Below, in pieces: positions 7,883 through 15,932 of a stretch of 64,000 nt of DNA (positions are counted from its first letter, which is position 1; the number at the start of each line of letters is the position of its first letter). This DNA comes from a virus. The stretch covers positions 29,001 through 93,000 of the IMG/VR virus record IMGVR_UViG_3300043607_000039; one strand, written 5' to 3'. Both the position numbers and the translations under genes were made by a program. The notes under the pieces were generated by a model. The model had not been told where the DNA came from and did not search any database. It saw nothing but the letters and a program-made list of their open reading frames with translations.

Positions 7883-7963
7883 GGGGGTAGTAGGTACGAC
7901 TGGTGTTGAAGGCCGAGGCATCGGAGCGGCATCAGGACTCGGGTTCGAATCCCGATACCTCCA
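7883..7963 (+). ncRNA. Minimal tmRNA (tRNA-like domain only, no tag reading frame)
   Basis: GGGGGTA/TACCTCC-A acceptor with G3.U70; stemless D loop ..GGTACGAC; P2-like CTGGTGTTG/CGGCATCAG; GAC linker; T arm. Confidence 0.75.
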
Positions 7964-7972
7964 CACGGAAAT

Positions 7973-8045
7973 GCTCTGGTAGCCCAAAGGTAGAGGCACT
8001 GTCTTGAGGAGGCAGCCAGTGGGAGTTCGACTCTCCCTCGGAGCA
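7973..8045 (+). tRNA. tRNA-Leu(GAG), short variable arm
   Basis: ctgtc-TTGAGGA-ggcag. Confidence 0.85.
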
Positions 8046-8046
8046 C

Positions 8047-8121
8047 GGTCTGGGCGTAGCCCAAAGGTAGAGGCAGCCCCTCAAAGGTGTAGTTGCGGAT
8101 TCGACCCCCGCCCCCAGGCCA
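8047..8121 (+). pseudogene. Degenerate tRNA (Leu-like D arm; anticodon CAA or TCA ambiguous)
   Basis: D arm identical to preceding Leu tRNA; poor anticodon stem. Confidence 0.5.
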
Positions 8122-8126
8122 CCTTT

Positions 8127-8199
8127 GCCGGCGTAGCTCACCAGGTAGAGCGCGGATCTTGTAAATCCGAGGCAGTCGGTTCGAGTCCGACCGTCGGCT
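8127..8199 (+). tRNA. tRNA-Thr(TGT)
   Basis: cggat-CTTGTAA-atccg. Confidence 0.9.
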
Positions 8200-8200
8200 C

Positions 8201-8605
8201 GTGAATCACAGGCACAGCGAATACGAGGAGATCTCGGGAGTACCGGAGATCACCGACTTCAAGCTCCTCTGGATTAGCGGCTTCTACGACGGCCCCACAT
8301 CCGGACTGGTCCAGGTCGGCGAAAGCCTGTGCTGGGCGCAAATGATCGAAGAGTGCAGTGAGGATCCAGGCTGCGGTTGGTACCGCAAGTACAAGCTCAT
8401 GAAGATGAGCGTCGAGCAGATTCTCGACCAGGTCCAGCAGCACGCACTGTTTGCCAAGTTCGTGTCAGGCCAAAAGGAACTGGGCTGGGACTGGACTCAG
8501 ATTGACACCCAACGGCCCCATTCGGAATGGTCGGGCTACTACGACCAGTACGGAACAGACGCCCAGGATCCGGTCGGAGAAGTTGTGGGGTGGTTCGTTC
8601 GATGA
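8201..8605 (+). CDS. Hypothetical protein
   Basis: 134 aa, FYDGPTSG motif; starts 2 nt after tRNA-Thr. Confidence 0.65.
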   Translation: MNHRHSEYEEISGVPEITDFKLLWISGFYDGPTSGLVQVGESLCWAQMIEECSEDPGCGWYRKYKLMKMSVEQILDQVQQHALFAKFVSGQKELGWDWTQIDTQRPHSEWSGYYDQYGTDAQDPVGEVVGWFVR

Positions 8606-8940
8606 AACACGGATATACACTCGCGACGATCTACTCCAGGACCAGTAAGAGGTACCAGGTCGAGTTCTGGTCCCAACCCTGGCGCCATTGGATCGTGGCC
8701 AACGTCTACCACTGGTACGACATGCACGTCTTCAAGGTGCCTGGGTTCAGACGCCTGGAGAAGTGGCTCCACGACCGGCACGGCAACGATCCACTGGAGT
8801 ACATCCCGCTGGGGTGCCGTCAGGACCTCCGGTGCTGGCACCTCACCAACAAGAGGCGGGTCCAGTTGGTGACCCTCGGGATCACTGCCGAGCAGTACGG
8901 ACGACTAGGAGGCAGGTATGGCTCGGAGGGTGCCCAATAA
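8602..8940 (+). CDS. Hypothetical protein
   Basis: ATGA overlap with upstream gene. Confidence 0.55.
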   Translation: MKHGYTLATIYSRTSKRYQVEFWSQPWRHWIVANVYHWYDMHVFKVPGFRRLEKWLHDRHGNDPLEYIPLGCRQDLRCWHLTNKRRVQLVTLGITAEQYGRLGGRYGSEGAQ

Positions 8941-9121
8941 GTGGCCCGGCCCTCCGCACCTGGAGCCCTACAACGGACTCTGGGTGGGAGTAGTGGGCCG
9001 TCGAGTCGTAGTACACGGAGAAAGCCCCGAGCAGGTCCGAGCCAAGATCAAGCACCTGCGGCGCCAGGTCGACGCCGTGTTCGAGGTCCCTGCGTACAAG
9101 AAATGGGGGAAAGAAGAATGA
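8918..9121 (+). CDS. Hypothetical protein
   Basis: RBS GGAGG; YNGLWVGV..VVVHGES. Confidence 0.55.
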   Translation: MARRVPNKWPGPPHLEPYNGLWVGVVGRRVVVHGESPEQVRAKIKHLRRQVDAVFEVPAYKKWGKEE

Positions 9122-9262
9122 TCCCCTGGTGGATGTGGCTGATCGGACTGCTGGGCCTGGCGACCGCGGTAATTGGCTGGTCAATCACCCAGACTCCTCC
9201 GGGAGACAAGGACGCAGCCCCACGTCAGGATGCACAATGGTGGCGATAGCTCGGGAGGGTCA

Positions 9263-9451
9263 ATGATGCAGTTTGTGAAGAGCACCAAATGCGAAACGGG
9301 TGCCTGTGTCGAGGTAGCCCTTGGTGAGGATCGGGCGCTGGTGCGCAACTCCACACAGCCAGGCACGGTCAACGAGTTCCCCAAGGAGATGTGGGAGGGC
9401 TTCGTGGCCGCAGTTCGACAGGGAACGTTCGACTTTGACTCGCCCGTGTAG
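9263..9451 (+). CDS. DUF397 (BldB-like) protein
   Basis: KST.C..GACVEVA...VRNS....W..FVAAVR.G. Confidence 0.85.
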   Translation: MMQFVKSTKCETGACVEVALGEDRALVRNSTQPGTVNEFPKEMWEGFVAAVRQGTFDFDSPV

Positions 9452-9515
9452 CTCGGACGGTTCGAGCAGCCGCCTCGTAAGCGGAAGGATCCCAGTTCGA
9501 ATCTGGGCTCGGGCT
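9442..9515 (+). tRNA. tRNA-Thr(CGT)
   Basis: ccgc-CTCGTAA-gcgg. Confidence 0.85.
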
Positions 9516-9518
9516 CGG

Positions 9519-9587
9519 GGGTTGAGCACTGGTGTGCAGGTTTGCTTTGCAAGCAGACCCCGCGGAGTTCGACTCTCCGTCAATCCA
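9519..9587 (+). tRNA. tRNA-Ala(TGC), short D arm
   Basis: tttgc-TTTGCAA-gcaga; G3.U70. Confidence 0.75.
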
Positions 9588-9705
9588 CGCCTGCGTCCAC
9601 AGGCCCAGGTGAAGGGTACGGACGGCGAGGTAAGAACCAGGATTAGCGGGTCGGCTGGTTGGGCCTGTTGGTTCTCACATGGTCCTGGTCGCCCTTCATC
9701 ACCAT

Positions 9706-9780
9706 GCCGAGGTAGGCCACGCTGGCGAGCCGCTGCATTTAGGGTGCAGTGTTAGGCGGGTTCGACTCCCGTCCTCGGTA
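9706..9780 (+). tRNA. tRNA-Leu(TAG), short variable arm
   Basis: ctgca-TTTAGGG-tgcag. Confidence 0.8.
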
Positions 9781-9817
9781 CTTGAAATAGCAGACGTGGT
9801 GAGTAAACTGTCATCCC

Positions 9818-10372
9818 ATGCGCCTGCTCGTCAAGACATATGGCCCGTATATCTACAGGTCTGGCAATAGGTTACGTCGGTTCGTGATCCACCTTTACGA
9901 CGACGGCACTCGTCGTACCCAGTCCAATGCCCGATACCTGTTGGAGCAACACCTGGGGCGCCTACTGACAGAAGACGAAGACGCCGATCATATTGACGGA
10001 AACCCTTTGAATGATGACCTATCCAACTTACGTCCGTTGTCGTCTTTCGAAAACCGAAGTCGAGCACATGAGCCTGCGCCTCTCTATGAGTTCAGCTGCC
10101 TCATGTGTGGTAATTCAGCGGTCACGCTGTTGCGTGACTATCGACGTAACCAGGAGGTTCTCGGGAAAGCTGGACCCTTCTGTAGCAAGTCGTGTTCGGG
10201 GACATGGTCCACAACCGTTGACAGGGCGAACCAGGGCAACTCCTGTAAACCCCATAAGACTCACTGCAAGTACGGTCATCTGAAGACAGGCCTGATCAGA
10301 AAGGCAGATGGATCCGTGTACAAGAACTGCAACGAATGTAACCGCTTACGTGCTCAATTACGTCGGAAGTAA
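9818..10372 (+). CDS. HNH homing endonuclease
   Basis: HLGRLL..DADHIDGNPLNDDLSNL; FCSKSC; KTHCKYGH; lower GC. Confidence 0.85.
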   Translation: MRLLVKTYGPYIYRSGNRLRRFVIHLYDDGTRRTQSNARYLLEQHLGRLLTEDEDADHIDGNPLNDDLSNLRPLSSFENRSRAHEPAPLYEFSCLMCGNSAVTLLRDYRRNQEVLGKAGPFCSKSCSGTWSTTVDRANQGNSCKPHKTHCKYGHLKTGLIRKADGSVYKNCNECNRLRAQLRRK

Positions 10373-10382
10373 CGCCGCCTTC

Positions 10383-10455
10383 GGGCGGGTACTCCAACGG
10401 TAGAGAGAGCTGATTTAAAACCAGTCCAGTACGGGTTCGACTCCCGTGCCGCCCA
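10383..10455 (+). tRNA. tRNA-Leu(TAA), short variable arm
   Basis: gctga-TTTAAAA-ccagt. Confidence 0.8.
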
Positions 10456-10499
10456 CAGTTGGTTTTCAGCAGTACCCTCTCCTGGAGAGAGATAGTCAA

Positions 10500-10573
10500 G
10501 GTGTCGTGGCGTAGTTGGTTAGCGCACCTCCCTGTCACGGAGGAGATCGCGGGTTCGAGTCCCGTCGGCGCCG
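10500..10573 (+). tRNA. tRNA-Asp(GTC)
   Basis: cctcc-CTGTCAC-ggagg. Confidence 0.9.
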
Positions 10574-10574
10574 C

Positions 10575-10859
10575 ATGTCAGATGAAACAGAACCATTGCC
10601 CTGTCTTATCTGTGCCAGGAGGCTCAGGGCCGCAATGCCCGATGCCTACAACCAGCCGTGGGGTGCGACCATGTTCCATTCCCACGGCCAGTACGGCAGC
10701 ACCCTGTTCGACCCCATTCACAGCATGGTGCGACTAGAAATCAACATCTGCGACGAGTGCCTCAGGGCGCACAAGGAGCGGGTCATTTACGTTCGGGATC
10801 ATCACGTCGAGCCGACACACGACGTAATGCCGTGGGACCCGAACATGTTCGACGATTAA
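10575..10859 (+). CDS. Hypothetical Zn-binding phage protein
   Basis: CLIC..GQYGST.FD..ICDEC; starts 2 nt after tRNA-Asp. Confidence 0.65.
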   Translation: MSDETEPLPCLICARRLRAAMPDAYNQPWGATMFHSHGQYGSTLFDPIHSMVRLEINICDECLRAHKERVIYVRDHHVEPTHDVMPWDPNMFDD

Positions 10860-10865
10860 TTGAAT

Positions 10866-10955
10866 AGTGAGATGGCCGAGTGGTCGAAGGCGCAGCACTG
10901 CTAATGCTGAGGTCGCCGTTAAGGGGGCCCCCGGGTTCGAATCCCGGTCTCACTG
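10866..10955 (+). tRNA. tRNA-Ser(GCT)
   Basis: cagca-CTGCTAA-tgctg; long V arm. Confidence 0.9.
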
Positions 10956-10960
10956 CACAA

Positions 10961-11035
10961 GGGAGCGTAGCTCAGCCCGGTTTGAGCACCCGTCTGATAA
11001 GCGGGAGGTCGGCGGTTCAAATCCGTCCGCTCCTA
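10961..11035 (+). tRNA. tRNA-Ile(GAT)
   Basis: cccgt-CTGATAA-gcggg. Confidence 0.9.
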
Positions 11036-11045
11036 CGTAACACAT

Positions 11046-11119
11046 GCCCCCTTAGTTCAGAGGATTAGAACATCTGACTACGGATCAGAAGGTCGCGTGT
11101 TCGAATCACGCAGGGGGTG
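11046..11119 (+). tRNA. tRNA-Arg(ACG)
   Basis: tctga-CTACGGA-tcaga. Confidence 0.9.
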
Positions 11120-11716
11120 CTCACTGGATATGGCGGATGTTACGATGTCGTCGTGGAGCGGGACGAGCGACGTGCATGGCGACGCGTTTATGACAAGACC
11201 TGGGTGGCCGGAAAGCGCGATCGATGCTTCAAATACCTAGGTGGCCGTTGTCGGAGATGTGGTACCACAGAACAACTCCAGTTTGATCACATCGATCCGA
11301 AGTCACTGTCTTTTCGGATCTCGGGAAATCTCAACCGACGTTGGGAGGTATTGGTCGTCGAGCTGGATAAATGCCAGCTGCTATGCCTTCCTTGTCATCG
11401 CCGAAAGTCGAAGGAAAACGGTGAAACGGGAGGCGGCCAGAACAAGTTTTTAACATGTCCGCATGGAACCCTGTCTGGTTACGGAGCGCCATGGAAATGT
11501 CGTTGTGACGATTGCCGTCGGGTCAAATCCGACTACGTCAGAAAGTACCGCAAGACAAATGGATTAATGAAGCGCCTAACCAAGCAGACAGTTCTTGAGA
11601 TACGAAGCCTCTTCGCTAGAGGCACCCCTTACTTGGAATTGGCTGAGAAGTTCAACGTTGACAGGACAACGGTGTGGAAGATATGCACCCGAAGGACCTG
11701 GAAGCATCTTGAATAG
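11117..11716 (+). CDS. HNH homing endonuclease with C-terminal HTH
   Basis: LGGRCRRCG..LQFDHIDP..KCQLLCLPCH; LAEKFNV..TWKHL; start uncertain. Confidence 0.85.
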   Translation: MLTGYGGCYDVVVERDERRAWRRVYDKTWVAGKRDRCFKYLGGRCRRCGTTEQLQFDHIDPKSLSFRISGNLNRRWEVLVVELDKCQLLCLPCHRRKSKENGETGGGQNKFLTCPHGTLSGYGAPWKCRCDDCRRVKSDYVRKYRKTNGLMKRLTKQTVLEIRSLFARGTPYLELAEKFNVDRTTVWKICTRRTWKHLE

Positions 11717-11763
11717 TCCGCGAATTCTACTCGGGGGCATTCGTTCGAGATCCTGGAGAGAAC

Positions 11764-11925
11764 ATGGCTTACGACTACGACAAGGCGAAGCAGATTGTCA
11801 TAGACGCCCTGCGCGATGAAGACCAGCGCGGCGGCCCGATGCAGCGCGAGTACCCGCGCGCCATCATCGAATCACTGGCGCACAACATCGCACTGCAAAT
11901 CGAGGAAGAGGCCGTCAGCGAGTAG
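11764..11925 (+). CDS. Small hypothetical protein
   Basis: CCTGGAGAG RBS; MAYDYDKAKQIVIDAL... Confidence 0.55.
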   Translation: MAYDYDKAKQIVIDALRDEDQRGGPMQREYPRAIIESLAHNIALQIEEEAVSE

Positions 11926-11933
11926 GGCTCGGC

Positions 11934-12007
11934 CGGGATGTAGCGCAGCTTGGTAGCGCACCTGACTGGGGGTCAGGAGGGCGCAGGTTCAAATCCTGTC
12001 ATCCCGA
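11934..12007 (+). tRNA. tRNA-Pro(GGG)
   Basis: cctga-CTGGGGG-tcagg. Confidence 0.9.
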
Positions 12008-12215
12008 CGTGAAACAGAAACTGGCTCGATTGTTGTGGTGGTGGCGCAAGGTCAATGACGCTCCCTGCGGCTTGGACACCGATGAGTACGTGAACGGGGT
12101 CCATGTCTGGCGCCACAGTAAATGGTTCTGTCACTGTGATTGACTTCCTCCCCACAGGAGCGGGTGGAAGGGCTCTTCCCGAGTCCTGACTCGTCACCAG
12201 GGGGGAGGGCCTTAT

Positions 12216-12288
12216 CGGGGTGTAGCGCAGTTGGTAGCGCGCCGCGTTCGGGACGCGGAGGCCGTCAGTTCGAATCTGGCCACTCCGA
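12216..12288 (+). tRNA. tRNA-Pro(CGG)
   Basis: ccgcg-TTCGGGA-cgcgg. Confidence 0.9.
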
Positions 12289-12300
12289 CGCAATGCGCAT

Positions 12301-12418
12301 GGAGGGTGGCGCCCAGTGGTGGGCAACCTTGATGGAGAGGGTCCGGCTGGACGAGGAGCCGTATTCGAAGTGCGGTAGTAGCTAATCACTGCTCGGGGTT
12401 CAAGTCCCCGTCTCTCCG
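12301..12418 (+). tRNA. tRNA-Ser(CGA) with ~32-nt insertion between D arm and anticodon stem
   Basis: ccgta-TTCGAAG-tgcgg, long V arm, G73; extra structured segment ~12327-12358. Confidence 0.65.
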
Positions 12419-12426
12419 CTCACAAT

Positions 12427-12514
12427 AGAGGCTGACCGGTTGGTCGAGGGGCACGGTTGGAAGCCGTGTACAACGCTCAGAAACGTTGCAGGAGTTCGAA
12501 TCTCCTAGCCTCTG
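12427..12514 (+). tRNA. tRNA-Ser(GGA)
   Basis: cacgg-TTGGAAG-ccgtg; long V arm. Confidence 0.85.
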
Positions 12515-12520
12515 CGTCAA

Positions 12521-12606
12521 GGAAGAGCCACCCGATTGGAGACGGGCGCAGTTTTGAAAACTGTTAGAGTCGCAAGGCTTTGGGGATTCGACTTCCTCCT
12601 CTTCCG
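12521..12606 (+). tRNA. tRNA-Ser(TGA)
   Basis: gcagt-TTTGAAA-actgt; long V arm. Confidence 0.85.
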
Positions 12607-12621
12607 CTCTACAATGGACAT

Positions 12622-12691
12622 ACCCTGCGTGTTGGATACACAGCCGATGCTTCTAACGTTGGCGTTCCGGGTTCGAGTCCCGGGCAGGGTT
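12622..12691 (+). tRNA. tRNA-Arg(TCT)
   Basis: cgatg-CTTCTAA-cgttg. Confidence 0.8.
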
Positions 12692-12695
12692 CGAC

Positions 12696-12772
12696 GGTCC
12701 GGTGCCAGAGCGGCCAATTGGAACCGCCTTTTAAGCGGTAAAAGTCGTGAGTTCGAATCTCACCCGGTACCA
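12696..12772 (+). tRNA. tRNA-Lys(TTT)
   Basis: accgc-CTTTTAA-gcggt. Confidence 0.85.
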
Positions 12773-12818
12773 CGCGCAAAGGTGTTAGAGTCTAGGCGCA
12801 GCAAGGAAAACTACACAT

Positions 12819-12894
12819 GGATCCGTACCCAAAGCCTGGTTTATGGGCCCGCCTCTTAAGCGGAGTTACGTCGGTTCAAATCCGACCGGATCCA
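12819..12894 (+). tRNA. tRNA-Lys(CTT)
   Basis: ccgc-CTCTTAA-gcgg. Confidence 0.85.
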
Positions 12895-12908
12895 CGTAGT
12901 ACATGCGA

Positions 12909-12982
<74 letters not shown>

Positions 12983-12984
12983 CT

Positions 12985-13056
12985 TGCGGGTTAGTGGAAT
13001 GGAACCATAAGGGCCTCATAAGCCCTAGATGCCGTTCGAGTCGGCACCCGCTCCCA
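12985..13056 (+). tRNA. tRNA-Met(CAT)
   Basis: agggc-CTCATAA-gccct. Confidence 0.75.
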
Positions 13057-13121
13057 CATGATGGTCCTGCCACGGGGAGTGGCAGGCGTAAGCGCGGCAT
13101 ACACTCCGCGGCCCGTTACAG

Positions 13122-13195
13122 CTTCCGGTAGCTCAGCTTGGTAGAGCATCTCTATGACACGGAGAAGGCCTCAGGTTCAAATCCTGGTCGGAAGA
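13122..13195 (+). tRNA. tRNA-Val(GAC)
   Basis: tctct-ATGACAC-ggaga. Confidence 0.85.
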
Positions 13196-13196
13196 C

Positions 13197-13270
13197 GGAA
13201 CCGTAGACTAATTGGTTAGGTCCCCGGACTTTCAATTCGGGTGGTGCCGGTTCGAACCCGGTCGGTTCTA
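13197..13270 (+). tRNA. tRNA-Glu(TTC)
   Basis: ccgga-CTTTCAA-ttcgg. Confidence 0.85.
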
Positions 13271-13284
13271 CGTTTTACGCTCAT

Positions 13285-13358
13285 TCTCCAGTAGCTCAAT
13301 TGGCGGAGCAGCCCGCTGTTAACGGGAAGGTTTCCAGGTTCGACCCCTGGCTGGAGAG
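13285..13358 (+). tRNA. tRNA-Asn(GTT)
   Basis: cccg-CTGTTAA-cggg. Confidence 0.9.
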
Positions 13359-13916
13359 CTAGCGCGAGGACATTCGGCCCTCAAGCCAGTGCAGCACGTT
13401 ATCCGCGGCCTGTCCCCGCCGCTGCCCGAGCCACGGGCGAATCAATTTCACCAAGGGGTAGAGGTGTCGTTGACGGGTCACTACCCAAACCGTCACAGGC
13501 TTGTAATAGTCCTTGGCCTGCGGTCGATATCCGTGAATGTTCCCAACGTTGGTGAGTCTTGGCAGGCGCTCGATAATATCTGGGTCCGTCATGGCGACGG
13601 ACATAGCCGCCTTAGTGTTGAGCGTGAAAGTACCTTCGCCCTCGACTAGGCCCGCTAGCCATGCGACCTCTGCTCGCGTCATCTTCCGCAGGTCCCCTGC
13701 GGCCTCGTCCCTACAGCGCCTGCACTTTTTTGAACTCTCCGACATTGGTCCGCTACACGTTGGACACGGGACCACCGAGGCGTATTTGAACTGATAGCAC
13801 TCGGCACAGTAGTTGGAGCGATTGGACCGAACCCTGACGGGCCCACCGCACATGGGGCACGGGTTCGGCTTGTAGAGGATGAGTATTTGTTCAGGATTGG
13901 TAGTACGTAGCGCCAT
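13359..13916 (-). CDS. LAGLIDADG-family endonuclease with N-terminal Zn fingers
   Basis: AWLAGLVEGEG; four CxxC pairs; antisense within the tRNA array. Confidence 0.8.
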   Translation of the reverse strand: MALRTTNPEQILILYKPNPCPMCGGPVRVRSNRSNYCAECYQFKYASVVPCPTCSGPMSESSKKCRRCRDEAAGDLRKMTRAEVAWLAGLVEGEGTFTLNTKAAMSVAMTDPDIIERLPRLTNVGNIHGYRPQAKDYYKPVTVWVVTRQRHLYPLVKLIRPWLGQRRGQAADNVLHWLEGRMSSR

Positions 13917-14026
13917 CCATCCAAAGTAACATGAGCTTGGCCCGCGGTTTCTAGGCCCGCGGAGCGGGGCGGTCCAGCTGGCCGACCTGGCACTGTTCGC
14001 CGTGGTGCCACTCAGACACGGCCCCT

Positions 14027-14101
14027 TGCGCCGTAGCCCAACCGGTTGAGGGGTCCGGCTTATATCCGGAATTCAGCAGGTTCGATTCCTGCACGGCGTA
14101 C
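14027..14101 (+). tRNA. tRNA-Ile(TAT)
   Basis: tccgg-CTTATAT-ccgga. Confidence 0.7.
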
Positions 14102-14121
14102 TTCCCCCTGGAGGAGGAGCA

Positions 14122-14409
14122 ATGCCCCGTTCGGTAGAGACCTCGACCGAGACCAAGACGTACATGGTCCGTAAGGTCAACATCACCTGCGACAAGTGCG
14201 GCCGACCCGTCGACCAGGAGCCCGAGGACGACGACCTGTACCACCAGGAGCTGGAGATCCATCTGAACCCGGAGCTGTGCGTCCGGTCCAGCTTCCGTCG
14301 GGACTACTGCCGAGCCTGTCTCCTGCCTATCTGGGCACTGATCTGCGAGACTATCGGGGCTGACCCCGATGACATCTCAAACTCTGACTTCCAGGCGGAC
14401 TACTCATGA
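14122..14409 (+). CDS. Hypothetical Zn-finger protein
   Basis: CDKC...CRAC; strong RBS. Confidence 0.65.
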   Translation: MPRSVETSTETKTYMVRKVNITCDKCGRPVDQEPEDDDLYHQELEIHLNPELCVRSSFRRDYCRACLLPIWALICETIGADPDDISNSDFQADYS

Positions 14410-14651
14410 TGGACGACGTGATCTGGACTAAGAGCAGCTACTCCGGCAGTCAGGGCGGCAACTGCGTCGAGGTGGCATGGCGCAAGAGCACGCGCAGCAA
14501 CCCGAGTGGCAACTGTGTCGAATTCGCGGAGCTACCGGGCAAGGTGCTGGTTCGGGACTCCAAGAATCCCGACGGCGGGATCATCGAGTTCGCCCCCGAC
14601 GCATGGCGCAAGTTCATCGCCGCGGTGAAGGAAGGCGAGTTCAACCTGTAG
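14406..14651 (+). CDS. DUF397 (BldB-like) protein, duplicated N-terminal motif
   Basis: WTKSSYS..GNCVEVA WRKSTRS..GNCVE..VRDSK..W.KF. Confidence 0.9.
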   Translation: MMDDVIWTKSSYSGSQGGNCVEVAWRKSTRSNPSGNCVEFAELPGKVLVRDSKNPDGGIIEFAPDAWRKFIAAVKEGEFNL

Positions 14652-14659
14652 TAGGTAAT

Positions 14660-14732
14660 GCCCGTGTAGCTCAGCGGCAAGAGCATCGGTTCCACACACC
14701 GAGGGTCCTAGGTTCGAGTCCTAGTACGGGCA
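14660..14732 (+). tRNA. tRNA-Val(CAC)
   Basis: tcggt-TCCACAC-accga. Confidence 0.9.
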
Positions 14733-14850
14733 CGTGGTGGTAGTTGCGGGTTGAGAAGGGTCTAGTTAAACGGCCGACCTGTATTCCAGTGCAGCTGCTC
14801 ATGACTTACCCGGGGGGCCGGGGTAAGGAAGACACAACAGGCCCGCACAT

Positions 14851-14925
14851 GGTGGCTGTAGCTCATCCTGGTAGAGCGCCGGACTGTGGATCCGGAGGTG
14901 GGGGGATCGTGGCCCCCCAGTCACC
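14851..14925 (+). tRNA. tRNA-His(GTG)
   Basis: ccgga-CTGTGGA-tccgg; G-1; atypical T loop ATCGTGG. Confidence 0.8.
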
Positions 14926-14948
14926 CTCGTTGATCGATCACCCTGTAC

Positions 14949-14964
14949 ACCCCTACGTAGGGGT
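14949..14964. promoter_or_regulatory. 16-bp palindromic operator (perfect copy)
   Basis: ACCCCTACGTAGGGGT. Confidence 0.65.
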
Positions 14965-14970
14965 GGTACC

Positions 14971-15345
14971 GTGGCAGCCATGATGGGATCACCGTTCGAC
15001 AACCCCCCTCCGGCCCTAGTGGCGGCAGCCGACCAGGCCAAACAGCAGGGGCTCGAAGATTCAATGAAGCTCATATGGCTGTACCTGGCGAGTAGTGTCG
15101 CCGACGAGGCCGGGGACGAGGAAACGGCCACTCAGTACCAGCTCGAACGGATGGCCTTGCTACTCAGCTTGGGCCAGATACGGACTCAGGCCGTTGTGTT
15201 GGAGCTGACCAGACTCTTCGCCTCTACCCTGTTTGACCACTGGGGTGGCACCTGGGCCAAGGTAATGGAAGCCCTGGCGGATCCCGCGCTGCCCCTCTTT
15301 CGTGGGGGACCCGTTGCCCAGGACGAGATGCCTCGGATCGACTGA
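14971..15345 (+). CDS. Hypothetical protein
   Basis: 124 aa ORF. Confidence 0.55.
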   Translation: MAAMMGSPFDNPPPALVAAADQAKQQGLEDSMKLIWLYLASSVADEAGDEETATQYQLERMALLLSLGQIRTQAVVLELTRLFASTLFDHWGGTWAKVMEALADPALPLFRGGPVAQDEMPRID

Positions 15346-15362
15346 CCCTGGAGAAGAAGCTG

Positions 15363-15848
15363 ATGCCCGAGTTGCCGAAGTGGTTCCCGAAGACCTTGGA
15401 AGACATGTACCGCCCCGAGGTCCCGGGTCGCACCGTCGACGATGACCGAGTCGCCGAGTCCCATGGCGGCGGTGCCTGCCCCGAGCAGCACTGGGGCGTC
15501 CTGACCGACGGGCGCCGGTTCTACTTCCGGTACCGCAGTGCCTGGGCCTCGGTTCGACTGGCGCCGGCCTGGTATGACGGTGCCGACGTCCACGCCCGGG
15601 ACCTGAGGGTTTCCATGGAGCAGTGGAACGAGGCCTACGAGCGCGGCGACGAGGAGCTACCGAACCTGTACCTCAATCCGGTCGCCGGCTTCCAGGTCCG
15701 GGAGGACGACCCATATCACGGGTGGTTCGACAGTGCAGCCGAGCGGGCGATGGCCTTTGCTGCCTGCCTGGATCAGGTCTGGGATGAGCCCTTCGATGAG
15801 GAGGGCTGGGAATTGCACCGCGGGCGGAAAGAGGAGCCCGACTTCTAG
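15363..15848 (+). CDS. Hypothetical phage protein
   Basis: ACPEQHWG.L.DGRRFYFRYR motif; RBS. Confidence 0.65.
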   Translation: MPELPKWFPKTLEDMYRPEVPGRTVDDDRVAESHGGGACPEQHWGVLTDGRRFYFRYRSAWASVRLAPAWYDGADVHARDLRVSMEQWNEAYERGDEELPNLYLNPVAGFQVREDDPYHGWFDSAAERAMAFAACLDQVWDEPFDEEGWELHRGRKEEPDF

Positions 15849-15919
15849 CCGATGACGGACTGGTTCCGAGCGCTGACTGTAAATCAGTAGCCTTGGGGGT
15901 TCGAATCCCTCCGTCGGCA
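15848..15919 (+). tRNA. tRNA-Tyr(GTA), short variable arm
   Basis: gctga-CTGTAAA-tcagt. Confidence 0.8.
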
Positions 15920-15932
15920 CGCGTCAATTAAC

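Noticed and set aside
8047-8121. tRNA-Sec or opal suppressor
   Set aside because: No long variable arm, broken anticodon stem and ambiguous register
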